Shown here: positions 1-8,628 of the stretch, one piece after another
How positions within the stretch are numbered: position 1 is the first letter of the stretch
Layout: the number at the start of each line of letters is the position of its first letter
NCBI GenBank assembly: GCA_963798085.1
Contig: CAWCRS010000007.1
Location: 896,001 to 960,000 of the forward strand
Reading direction: 5' to 3'
DNA length: 64,000 nt
Source of the DNA: an uncultured Gemmatimonadales bacterium
GTDB taxonomy: Bacteria; Gemmatimonadota; Gemmatimonadetes; Longimicrobiales; RSA9
Program-made: the position numbers and the translations under genes
Notes under the pieces: model-generated
What the model saw: the letters and a program-made list of their open reading frames with translations, nothing else
Database searches by the model: none
Told to the model about the DNA's origin: nothing

Positions 1-360
1 AAGCTGGGCGAGTTCAAGCCGGCCGTACGCGCCGATCATGAGAACGGCGAAGCGACAGGTGACGACATCGACCGGCTGGGTTTCCGCGCCGAGACGCTGA
101 CGCCCGACGTGGCGCAGCAGATGGATCTCGACAGGAACGCGAAAGGCGCCGTCGTGACGCGGGTCGATCCCATGAGTGAGGCCGCACGCGCCGGCCTTCT
201 GTCCGGCATGGTCATCGAGAAGGCGAACGGCAGGGACATCCATTCGCAGACGGATCTGCAGGACGCACTGCGCGCCGTGAAGCGGGGCGATGCCGTATCG
301 CTCATTGTGAAGCAGCAGGATGGTTCCGAGGTGATTCTGAACTATCTGCTGCGTGATTGA
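1..360 (+). CDS. C-terminal PDZ domain of a DegP/HtrA (Do-family) serine protease, 5' truncated by the window edge
   Basis: Frame open from base 1 to TGA at 358-360. LGFRAETLTPDVAQQM...GAVVTRVDPMSEAARAGL..GMVIEKANG is typical of the second PDZ of DegP/DegQ. Confidence 0.75.
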   Translation, partial: KLGEFKPAVRADHENGEATGDDIDRLGFRAETLTPDVAQQMDLDRNAKGAVVTRVDPMSEAARAGLLSGMVIEKANGRDIHSQTDLQDALRAVKRGDAVSLIVKQQDGSEVILNYLLRD

Positions 361-454
361 CGACTCCGGAGCGGGGTCGATACTGCGGGGGCCGGTCCGT
401 GCGGATCGGCCCCCGGTCGTTGCGCCGCCGCGGGCACGTCCGGCATCATCCAGC

Positions 455-3010
455 ATGCCCGACCTGAGAGCGAAGATCGCTCGCTTCCTGCCCTTTCTGG
501 CAGTGCCGCCCTTCCTGGTGGCGCTGTGGGCGGTGCACCACGAGCTGTCCGCATTCCGCTATCACGACATCGTGAGCGCAGCACGCAGTGTACCGCGCGC
601 TTCGCTGGGCGCCGCGGCGCTGCTCACCGCACTCAATTTTCTCGTGCTGTCCGGCTACGACGGACTCGGTCTCGCCTATGTGGGGCGAACGCTCGAGTGG
701 TGGCGCTGGGGCTTCGCCTCGTTCGTGGGTTACGCTTTCAGCCAGGCGCTGGGGCTGCCGCTGCTGACGGGCCTGCCCATCAGACTCCGCCTCTATTCGG
801 GCTGGGGCCTGACCATGGCCGAGATCCGCGATCTGGTCGTCTTCTATTCCGTGACGCTGTGGCTGGGTCTGGTCGTGCTGGGCGGCATCGTGTTCCTCGT
901 GGAACCGCGAGCGGTGCCCGCCGTGCTGCACCTGCCCGTCACCGATGCCCGCCTGCTGGGTGCTCTGCTCCTGCTGCTGGGCGGCGGCTACATGGCGTGG
1001 GCCGTGGCGAAGCGCGCACCGCTGCGCATCCGCTCGTGGGAAGTGCCTTCCCCCGGTGTTCGACTCGCGCTGCCGCAGCTGATCGTGGCCGTCGCCGACT
1101 GGGTGGTGGCTTCCTCCGTTCTGTATGTGCTGCTGCCGCGCGGCCATCACGTTCCCTTCTTCGTCTTCGTCGGCATCTTCCTGGTCGCGCAGTTCGCAGG
1201 GCTGGCGAGTCACGTGCCCGGCGGCGTGGGTGTTTTCGAAGCCATCATGCTGGTGCTGCTGCCCAGTGATGTGCCCGCCGGCAGCCTGGCGGGATCGCTG
1301 CTCGTCTATCGCGCCATCTACTATCTCTGTCCGCTCATGTGCGCGGCCACCGCGCTGGGGCTGTACGAGGCGAGGCGCAAACGCGAGGACATCGAGCGGC
1401 TCGCGGACCGGTTCGGGCGGGGTGTTTCCCTGATCGTCCCTCAGGCGATGGCGGTGCTCACTTTCGTGGCGGGGATGGTCCTGCTCTTCTCCGGCGCCAC
1501 GCCGGGCGAGCACGAGCGCCTGAGCTGGCTCAGCCACGTGTTCCCGCTGGCCGTGATCGAAGCCTCGCACTTCCTGGCCAGCGCCGCGGGCGCATCGCTG
1601 CTGGTCCTGGCCTGGGGCATCCAGCGGCGGGTTAACACTGCATTACACATGGTGACAGCGCTGCTCGCGGCCGGCATCGTGTTCTCGCTGCTCAAGGGGC
1701 TGGACTGGGAAGAAGCGATGATCCTGACGCTCATGCTGAGCGCACTGGTGGGTTCGCGGAAGGAGTTCTATCGGCGCGCCTCGCTGCTGGTCGAACCGTT
1801 CACTCCCGGCTGGACCGCGGCCATTGTCTGCGCGGTGGTGGCCGTGATCGGGCTGGGTATCTTCTCGTACACGCACGTGGCGTACTCGCAGGCGCTCTGG
1901 CTGCGCTTCGCGCCGCACGCGGATGCCGCGCGTTTCCTGCGCTCCAGCGCGGGTGTGCTCTGCGTCATACTCGGGTTCGCGGGCGTCCGCCTCATGCGGC
2001 CCGCGGCCGCACGCAGCGCGCCGGTCACGGACGCGGACAGCGAGCGCGCGGCCACACTGGCGCACGCATCGCCCTATACCTACGCGCAGCTGGTGCTGCT
2101 GGGCGACAAGCAGCTGCTCATGGGCGAGCACAGTTTCGTGATGTACGGCGTCTCCGGCCGCAGCTGGATCGCGCTGGGCGATCCGGTGGGCGCTGCGGAG
2201 GAGCGGCGCGAGCTGGCGTGGCGCTTTCACGAGCTTGCGGACCGCAATGGCGGCTGGACGGTCTTCTATCAGGTGCGACCGGAGCACCTGCCGATCTATC
2301 TCGATCTCGGGCTCACACTCACCAAGATCGGCGAAGAAGCACGTGTGCCACTCGCGGATTTCTCGGTCGCCGGTGGCGAGCACAGGGGGATGCGACGCAC
2401 CCTGCGCACTATGGAGAAGCACGGCGCCTGTTTCCGCGTGGTGCCGGCCGAGGAAGTGCCCGGCATGTTGCCGGATCTGCGCGACATCTCGGAGAACTGG
2501 CTGACCACGAAGAACACGCGCGAAAAGGGCTTTTCGCTCGGCTTCTTCAACGAGGGTTACATACGCCGCGGTCGTGTGGCCACCATCGAGGTGGAGAATG
2601 AAATCGTCGCCTTCGCCAACATCGTGGAATCCGCGGAGCACGAGGAAATCTCGGTGGACCTGATGCGCTTCTCGCACAATGCGCCACCCAGTGTGATGGA
2701 GTATCTCTTCCTGATGGCGATGCAGCGCGGCCGCGAAGAGGGCTATCGCTGGTTCAATCTGGGCATGGCGCCGCTCTCGGGGCTGGAGGCGCGCCCGCTG
2801 AGTCCCGCATGGACTCGCCTGGGCTCAGCCGTGTACCGCCATGGCGAGCACTTCTACCATTTTCAGGGTCTGCGCGAGTACAAGCAGAAGTTCGATCCCG
2901 TCTGGGAGCCCCGCTACCTCGCCTCGCCGGGCGGACTGGCGTTCCCGCGTGTGCTGGCCAACCTGGCTGCCCTGATCAGCGGCGGCCTGCGCGGCGTGCT
3001 GCAGAAATAA
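455..3010 (+). CDS. mprF: Bifunctional lysylphosphatidylglycerol flippase/synthetase MprF
   Basis: Long multi-TM N-terminus with HVPGGVGVFE. C-terminal transferase domain with ALGDPVG, EKGFSLG, VDLMR, FNLGMAPLSG, FQGLREYKQKFDPVWEPRYL. Start taken at ATG 455; the ORF extends upstream to 353. Confidence 0.93.
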   Translation: MPDLRAKIARFLPFLAVPPFLVALWAVHHELSAFRYHDIVSAARSVPRASLGAAALLTALNFLVLSGYDGLGLAYVGRTLEWWRWGFASFVGYAFSQALGLPLLTGLPIRLRLYSGWGLTMAEIRDLVVFYSVTLWLGLVVLGGIVFLVEPRAVPAVLHLPVTDARLLGALLLLLGGGYMAWAVAKRAPLRIRSWEVPSPGVRLALPQLIVAVADWVVASSVLYVLLPRGHHVPFFVFVGIFLVAQFAGLASHVPGGVGVFEAIMLVLLPSDVPAGSLAGSLLVYRAIYYLCPLMCAATALGLYEARRKREDIERLADRFGRGVSLIVPQAMAVLTFVAGMVLLFSGATPGEHERLSWLSHVFPLAVIEASHFLASAAGASLLVLAWGIQRRVNTALHMVTALLAAGIVFSLLKGLDWEEAMILTLMLSALVGSRKEFYRRASLLVEPFTPGWTAAIVCAVVAVIGLGIFSYTHVAYSQALWLRFAPHADAARFLRSSAGVLCVILGFAGVRLMRPAAARSAPVTDADSERAATLAHASPYTYAQLVLLGDKQLLMGEHSFVMYGVSGRSWIALGDPVGAAEERRELAWRFHELADRNGGWTVFYQVRPEHLPIYLDLGLTLTKIGEEARVPLADFSVAGGEHRGMRRTLRTMEKHGACFRVVPAEEVPGMLPDLRDISENWLTTKNTREKGFSLGFFNEGYIRRGRVATIEVENEIVAFANIVESAEHEEISVDLMRFSHNAPPSVMEYLFLMAMQRGREEGYRWFNLGMAPLSGLEARPLSPAWTRLGSAVYRHGEHFYHFQGLREYKQKFDPVWEPRYLASPGGLAFPRVLANLAALISGGLRGVLQK

Positions 3011-3113
3011 CAGTCTGTTGGACGTCAGCGTTCCACCCACCACATCCACACAATGTAACCCAGCACCAGCAGCCCGAAGACGGCGAAGAGTCCCCAGAAG
3101 ATGAAGCCGGGCA

Positions 3114-3809
3114 TCAGCGCGCGGCCGCGCGGAAATTGCGCCAGGCGAATACCACGAAGATGGCCAGCGCGAGCAGCACGCTCCCATTGAGCACGGTGCG
3201 CAGGCTGAAGCGCGGCGCAGTACCGCGCGTGATGCTGAATGACACGACGGCGGGCAGCACGGACAGTTCGGTGGCATAGCTGCCGGTTGCGTCCGTCCTC
3301 AGGTGCGAGGGCAGCGCATCGTACGCCGTGTAGCCATCGGGCACGGTGAGCCGGGCCACGAACGTGCCCGGCCGGGCCTCGGCCGGTGGCCAGAGCACGG
3401 CCAGGACGGGCAGCTGCACACGCGCATGCCCGTTCACGGAGGCAAACACCGTGTAAGCGACGTCAATGGTCACGCTGTCGGTGGGCGTCCGTGTCTCCGG
3501 CAGCTGCACGTTGCCGGCAATGCGTGAGCCGGTCGTATCCAGGCCGCTGAACTCGAGCAGCACATCATTCCAGCGCGCAGCAATGCCCTCAATGCGCGAA
3601 CTGCCGAAGCGCAGGGCGGCCAGCGGCAGCTCTTTCTGCCCGCCGGGCAGGACGTGATAACGGATGCGCACCTCGGCTGGTGCAGTGGCGTCGGGCAGCT
3701 CTGCCGTCAGCTCCGCACGCAGCAGCCGACCCTGGGCCGCCACGGTGCCCGGCGCCACGGTCAGCAGCGCCAGCAGGGGCAGAGCGCGTCTCAGCAGCGC
3801 ACGGCTCAT
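3114..3809 (-). CDS. Hypothetical exported protein with C-terminal TM anchor
   Basis: Signal peptide MSRALLRRALPLLALLTVAPGTVAA-Q and hydrophobic C-terminus. ATGA overlap with the upstream dipeptidase stop. Confidence 0.7.
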   Translation of the reverse strand: MSRALLRRALPLLALLTVAPGTVAAQGRLLRAELTAELPDATAPAEVRIRYHVLPGGQKELPLAALRFGSSRIEGIAARWNDVLLEFSGLDTTGSRIAGNVQLPETRTPTDSVTIDVAYTVFASVNGHARVQLPVLAVLWPPAEARPGTFVARLTVPDGYTAYDALPSHLRTDATGSYATELSVLPAVVSFSITRGTAPRFSLRTVLNGSVLLALAIFVVFAWRNFRAAAR

Positions 3810-5026
3810 GCGACCCACACCTGATCCAGCAGACGCAGCGCGTTGCCGCCGATGACTTTCTCAATGTCGGCGTCGGCGTAGCCGTGCTTGACCAGCCAGC
3901 GCAGGATGTTGTGCGAGCCTTCCGTGGGATTCTCCAGGCCCTCGACCCACTCGACCGGCGTGAACGCGTTGTCGGCAGTGGCGCCACCGGCGCGGGATTC
4001 CTTCAGTGACAGGTTGGCCGCATACACCTTGTGCAGGCCCACGTGGTCACCGTACAGCGAGTCCGGGCCAAAGCCCACGTGGTCGATGCCGACGAGGCCC
4101 ACAATGTACTCGAAGTGCTCCATGAAGGCTTCAATGTCGTGGCGGCGGTGCTGGCGTGTGAGCGTCGTGTGCGGCGCTGCTTCCACGCCGATCACGCCAC
4201 CCCTGCGCGCACAGGCTTCTAACACGTCGTCAGGCGCCAGCCGGTTCGAGTCCCAGAGCGCGCGCGCGCCGATGTGGCTCAGCAGGATGGGCTGCTCACT
4301 GGCCTCGATCACGTCCCGCGTGGTCTGGTCGCCGCAATGCGAGCAGTCGATGAGCATGCCCACCTTGTTCATGCGCTCGACCGCGCGCCGGCCCAGGGCG
4401 GTGAGCCCGCCGTCGCGTTTCTCCTTGAGGCCCGAGCCCAGGGCATTGGCTTCGCTGTAGGTGATGCCCAGCGCGCGCACGCCCAGGCCATGGAGCACCT
4501 CAATGCGCTCGATCTCGTTCTCGATCATGGCCGCGCCTTCCATGGACGCGATCCAGGCGATGCGGCCGGTGGCATGGGCCTCCCGGATCTGGCTGGCGCG
4601 GGTGCAATGCACGACAAAGTCCTGGTGCGCCAGATCGGACAGGCGCATGCCCAGGTCGTGCAGCATTTCGGTCCACTTCCAGCCGGTCTTCGACTCGATC
4701 GCGCCAATGCCATCGATCAGGTTGTCGAAGATCGCGTCCCACCAGCAGTGCGCGAGCCCCTCGAACGCCGTGGGCTGCCGGCCCTGCCGCACGAACGCGG
4801 GTGTCTCCTCAATGCGCGCCGGGAACACGCCCACGTGTTCGTGCAGCGACACCATGATGCAGCGGTCCGCGAGCTGCCGTACGCGCGCCTCCTCCGCCTC
4901 CGCCAGCGGCAGCACGAACGCCGGCACGCGCGCAACCTGGTCCGCCATCTCGAACAGCACGTAATCCCTGCCGCCCTCCAGGTACTCGAACGAGCGATAC
5001 CCTCCATACCTCTTCTCTCTCCCCAT
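3806..5026 (-). CDS. Membrane dipeptidase (peptidase M19, renal dipeptidase family)
   Basis: SLHEH, SMEGA, ITYSEANALGSG, GLTALGRRAVERMNKVGMLIDCSH, LSHIGARAL, GIDHVGFGPD, KVIGGNALR. GGAGGAG RBS upstream. Confidence 0.9.
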   Translation of the reverse strand: MGREKRYGGYRSFEYLEGGRDYVLFEMADQVARVPAFVLPLAEAEEARVRQLADRCIMVSLHEHVGVFPARIEETPAFVRQGRQPTAFEGLAHCWWDAIFDNLIDGIGAIESKTGWKWTEMLHDLGMRLSDLAHQDFVVHCTRASQIREAHATGRIAWIASMEGAAMIENEIERIEVLHGLGVRALGITYSEANALGSGLKEKRDGGLTALGRRAVERMNKVGMLIDCSHCGDQTTRDVIEASEQPILLSHIGARALWDSNRLAPDDVLEACARRGGVIGVEAAPHTTLTRQHRRHDIEAFMEHFEYIVGLVGIDHVGFGPDSLYGDHVGLHKVYAANLSLKESRAGGATADNAFTPVEWVEGLENPTEGSHNILRWLVKHGYADADIEKVIGGNALRLLDQVWVA

Positions 5027-5039
5027 CTCACTCTCCTCC

Positions 5040-5070
5040 CACCGCAGAGATCGCTGTGCATCGCGGAGAA
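5040..5070 (+). repeat. 9-10 nt periodic CACCGC(A/G)GAG-type intergenic repeat, copy 1
   Basis: CACCGCAGAG AT CGCTGTG CAT CGCGGAG AA. Confidence 0.5.
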
Positions 5071-5078
5071 CGTGCCAA
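5063..5078 (-). promoter_or_regulatory. Possible sigma54 (-24/-12) promoter of the dipeptidase operon
   Basis: Minus strand TTGGCACGTTCTCCGC: perfect -24 box and GG-N10-GC spacing, but weak -12 (CCGC instead of TTGC). About 37 bp upstream of the start; overlaps repeat copy 1. Confidence 0.35.
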
Positions 5079-5175
5079 TTCGCCTCGGCAATATAGGCGA
5101 CCGGATTCTGGGCGATACCTCGGCGAATTCTCGTTTCATGCGGCCGGACAACGGATTATCGGCGGTTCCCGATCT

Positions 5176-5206
5176 ACCGTAGAGATCGCGGAGACGCGCG
5201 GAGAAC
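5176..5206 (+). repeat. Periodic CGCGGAG repeat, copy 2
   Basis: ACCGTAGAG AT CGCGGAG ACG CGCGGAG AAC. Confidence 0.55.
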
Positions 5207-5441
5207 GACACGTTCGGCGTGGCAGGACAGGCGAACGGATGCCCCGCGAAATCTCGCGCTCATGCCTCCGGCAAGACGGAAAGCGGATTCCTGAAGGCGA
5301 AATTGCCGCGAGCGATTACGCGTTGCCGGGGCATCAAGTGCCTCGGGTGTAAAGGGGAGCAAGGCAGCGACCTGCGCACTCGCCGCGGTGTGGTGTGCCA
5401 GCAGTCACGCTCCAGTGTACGCGCCGGACTCAGCGCGCAAA

Positions 5442-5471
5442 CTCCGCGCTCACCGCGCTCTCCGCGGTGAG
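5442..5471 (-). repeat. Periodic CGCGGAG repeat, copy 3 (inverted relative to copies 1 and 2)
   Basis: Reverse complement reads CTCACCGCGGAG AG CGCGGTG AG CGCGGAG. Confidence 0.55.
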
Positions 5472-5603
5472 GCGGGTTGGAGCGCGGGGCCCGACCGGGA
5501 GGCAATGGCAGGTGGCGAGAAGGAGACAGAGCGCCGTCAGAATGGCGGCGCGGAGGGTGATCGGATCTGGCTTGCGCATTTGAATCGTCGGAGACACACA
5601 AGA

Positions 5604-5657
5604 GGACCGTTTCCCGGTCCGGGCCCGCGTTCGTGTTGCCGGACCGGTCGGCGGTCC
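5604..5657. promoter_or_regulatory. Tandem identical palindromes GGACCG-N5-CGGTCC (operator-like sites or hairpins)
   Basis: GGACCGtttccCGGTCC at 5604-5620 and GGACCGgtcggCGGTCC at 5641-5657. Confidence 0.4.
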
Positions 5658-5781
5658 GTTGTGCCGGCTTCGAGATCGGCACATCTCCTCATGCGCAGGG
5701 TTGCGGAAGAACCGGACAGGCGGGTGCGCTGAATGACGACGGGCGCTGTACGAGTGGCGTCGCCTGCAATCCGTGCGACGG

Positions 5782-7347
5782 TCAGGCGGGCTGCACGCCG
5801 GGGTGACCGGCCTGGACAACGAAGGACGCGCGCGTGGTGACGGGCGCGCCCGGACGCGTCACGTAGCCGAGTACGCGATAGTCGGCCTGCCAGCGCTCGG
5901 GCGTCACGAGGCAGCGCACGTAGCCGCGCTGATTGTTGTGGAAACGGAGGTGCGGGCTGTTGCGCAGTGCGTGTTCGCCGAATGTGCTGATGTCCTGGCC
6001 ATCGCCGCCCGAGCTGAGGGAGGTGCCGATGAACTCGATGGCGGCGACCGGGGAATTCGCGTTCTCGAAGTCGGGCCGCAGTTCGGCGACCCAGTTGGAG
6101 TGGATGTCGCCGGTCATCACGATGGGATTGGCGGCGCTGTGCCGGCCCAGGAACTCGATCAGGCGTTTGCGCGGCGCGACGTAGCCATCCCAGCGGTCCA
6201 TGCCGAAGCGCGGTGCCTCGACGGTGCCGTCGTTGATCTCCGCGATCGCCACCTGATTGGCGAGTGCGTTCCAGCGTGTGCGCGAACGGCTCAGGTTGTG
6301 CTGCAGCCACTTCTCCTGCGTGCCGCCCATCATGGTGGCTTTGGGATCGAGCGCACCCGCGCAGCGCGGCTTCGTGCCATCACCGCAGGGCTGGTCCGTG
6401 CGGTACTGCCGCGTGTCCAGCACGTGCAGGTCCAGCAGCGTGCCGAAGCGCAGCTGACGATACAGTGTCGCATCCGGTCCGCGCGGCATGGCGCTGGCGC
6501 GCAGAGGCTGGTGCTCGTAATACGCCTGGTACGCGGCGGCACGACGCCGCAGGAATGTGTCGCGCGGCGTGCCATGCTCGTCGTGATCGTTCGCGTAGTT
6601 GTTGTCCACTTCGTGGTCATCCCACGTGACGATCCAGGGCGCGATCGCGTGCGCGGCCTGCAGGTCGGCGTCCAGCTTGTACAGCGCGTAGCGGCGGCGA
6701 TAGTCGTCCAGCGTGCGGATCTCGTTCTCGCCGTGCCGCCGCGGGCGGTTGGCGATGGCGCCATCTTCGTAGATGTAGTCGCCGAGATGCACGACCAGGC
6801 GAATGTCCTCATCGGCAATGTGCCGCAGCGACGTATAGTAGCCCTGCTCGTAGTGCTGGCAGGAGGCGAACACGAAAGGAAACGCCGCGACTGCGGCGCC
6901 TGCAGCCGGCGCCGTGCGCGTGCGACCCACCGGGCTCGCGTCACCACCGGCCAGGAAGCGATAATAGTACACACGATCCGGAGCCAGTCCGGACACATTC
7001 ACGTGCACGGAATGCGCGAGCGTCGCAGTCGCCTCCGCGCGCCCGCGCTTGACTACTTGCGCGAACTGCTCGTCGTGCGCGATCTCCCAGTCGACACGCA
7101 CGACGTCCGAAGACATGCCGCCCGCCGCTTCCAGAGGGCGGGGCGCGAGACGCGTCCAGAGCACGATCGTATCAGGCCGAGGCTCGCCGGATGCGATGCC
7201 CAGTGTGAACGGATAATCGAGGAAGCGGCGCAGCCGGCCCGGTGTGGCGCCCACCGTGAGGAAGGCCGTACCCAGTCCGGCGGAAACGCGGATGAAATCG
7301 CGGCGCGATGCCTGCGCCCGGATGTGCATCGGTGGAAACGATGGCAT
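5782..7347 (-). CDS. phoD: Alkaline phosphatase D family protein, Tat-exported
   Basis: Tat motif SRRDFI. YPFTLGIASGEP, FASCQHYEQGY, HLGDYIYE, TWDDHEVDNNY, LDTRQYR, WDGY, TGDIH. GAGGAG RBS before ATG 7347. Confidence 0.95.
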   Translation of the reverse strand: MPSFPPMHIRAQASRRDFIRVSAGLGTAFLTVGATPGRLRRFLDYPFTLGIASGEPRPDTIVLWTRLAPRPLEAAGGMSSDVVRVDWEIAHDEQFAQVVKRGRAEATATLAHSVHVNVSGLAPDRVYYYRFLAGGDASPVGRTRTAPAAGAAVAAFPFVFASCQHYEQGYYTSLRHIADEDIRLVVHLGDYIYEDGAIANRPRRHGENEIRTLDDYRRRYALYKLDADLQAAHAIAPWIVTWDDHEVDNNYANDHDEHGTPRDTFLRRRAAAYQAYYEHQPLRASAMPRGPDATLYRQLRFGTLLDLHVLDTRQYRTDQPCGDGTKPRCAGALDPKATMMGGTQEKWLQHNLSRSRTRWNALANQVAIAEINDGTVEAPRFGMDRWDGYVAPRKRLIEFLGRHSAANPIVMTGDIHSNWVAELRPDFENANSPVAAIEFIGTSLSSGGDGQDISTFGEHALRNSPHLRFHNNQRGYVRCLVTPERWQADYRVLGYVTRPGAPVTTRASFVVQAGHPGVQPA

Positions 7348-7509
7348 GCGACGATGCTCCTCGCTGTCTGCTGCGCGTGCCAGGCTGCGCTGCCGGCCGC
7401 AGCGAAGGATCGAGCGCGGACCGCTGGCTGTCAATCTCGACCGGGAGCAGAAGCCGGTCGCGCGGTGATGCGTATCTCACTCGTTACCGGACTCGGAGGA
7501 GGTGTTGCC

Positions 7510-7968
7510 ATGACGAGCACGTACCTGATGGTGCCCGCAGGACCACGGCCGCTCTACATCCTGATTCCCGTATTCGCGCTGCTGCTGCTGGTGTTCATGC
7601 TGCTCGTGGTCACGATGCTGGGCTCGCAGAACACGCGCTTCGAATTGTCGCCGGCCGGGCTGCGACTGCGCGGCGACCTGTACGGCCGCTTCGTGCCGAT
7701 GGAGAAGCTGCGTGTGGACCTGGCGCAAGTGGTGGATCTGCGCACACAACCTTCGCTCGCGCCCGCATCCCGCCGCATGGGAACGGCCGCGCCCGGCTAC
7801 GCGGCCGGCTGGTTCCGCCTGCGCAACGGCGAGCGAGCGCTGCTCTATCTCACCGATCGGCAGCACGCACTCTACGTCCCGACACGTGACGGCTACGTTC
7901 TGCTCCTGAGTCCGCAGCGTCCCGCCGACATGCTGGAGGAACTGCGCCGCCAGGCCCGCGGCAGCTGA
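7510..7968 (+). CDS. Bacterial PH domain (bPH_5-like) membrane protein
   Basis: GGAGGAGG RBS, one TM segment, RRMGTAAPGYAAGWFRLRNGERALLYLTD...LLLSP. Confidence 0.75.
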   Translation: MTSTYLMVPAGPRPLYILIPVFALLLLVFMLLVVTMLGSQNTRFELSPAGLRLRGDLYGRFVPMEKLRVDLAQVVDLRTQPSLAPASRRMGTAAPGYAAGWFRLRNGERALLYLTDRQHALYVPTRDGYVLLLSPQRPADMLEELRRQARGS

Positions 7969-8190
7969 GCCCGGCTCAGCCCACCCTCCGCAGCATCCTG
8001 ACCCGGCGTTAGCCGTTGTCCCGGGCGGCGTGAGGCATCGCCCTACACTTCCTGCGCCGTTTCCTGACATCTCCGCGGCATCTCGCTGCTGGAGCCGGGT
8101 CCGGCGTCCCGCATACTTGGAGACAGGCGCGGCGACAAACTTCATGGTGGCCACAGTGCCGCGCCGGCACCCCCGTGAGGGAGGGGTGAC

Positions 8191-8628
8191 GTGCACGGCG
8201 AGCGACACGATGGCGGAACCAGGCCGGCCCCCCCGGCGTCCGGCGACCTCGCGCACCTGCTCGAGGCGGAGACCCGCTTTGCCGGCAAACTGGAGTCCGC
8301 CCGCCTGCAAGCGGCCCGTCTGCTCGAAGAAGCCCGCGCGGCGGCGGCCGCCGACGAGGCGCGCTTCGGCGCCGAGCAGGAAGCTGCGGAATCGGAACTG
8401 GCCACGCGCATCGAAGCCGAGGTGCGCACGCGGCTGTCACGCATGGAGCAGGCTGCCCGCGTGCGTATTGCCTTGTACTCGGGCATTGGCCCGCTGGAGC
8501 AGGCGACCCTGGTGCAGCTGGTGCTGCGGCGATTGCTGGGCTCGCCCGCCGCGACCGCGGCTCACGCACCCGAAGCCTCGGCGCCCAGAACGGGCACGAC
8601 GCCGACAGCCGCGGAGTCAACGCCATGA
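8191..8628 (+). CDS. V/A-type ATP synthase peripheral stalk subunit G (H)
   Basis: Ala/Glu/Arg-rich coiled coil, GGAGGGG RBS, first gene of the operon, overlaps subunit I by 4 bp. Confidence 0.6.
   Translation: MHGERHDGGTRPAPPASGDLAHLLEAETRFAGKLESARLQAARLLEEARAAAAADEARFGAEQEAAESELATRIEAEVRTRLSRMEQAARVRIALYSGIGPLEQATLVQLVLRRLLGSPAATAAHAPEASAPRTGTTPTAAESTP

Noticed and set aside
5773..7509. 731-aa plus-strand ORF 5773..7968 as one protein
   Set aside because: The first about 580 codons are the antisense shadow of phoD. Only 7510..7968, with its own GGAGGAGG RBS, looks like a real gene.
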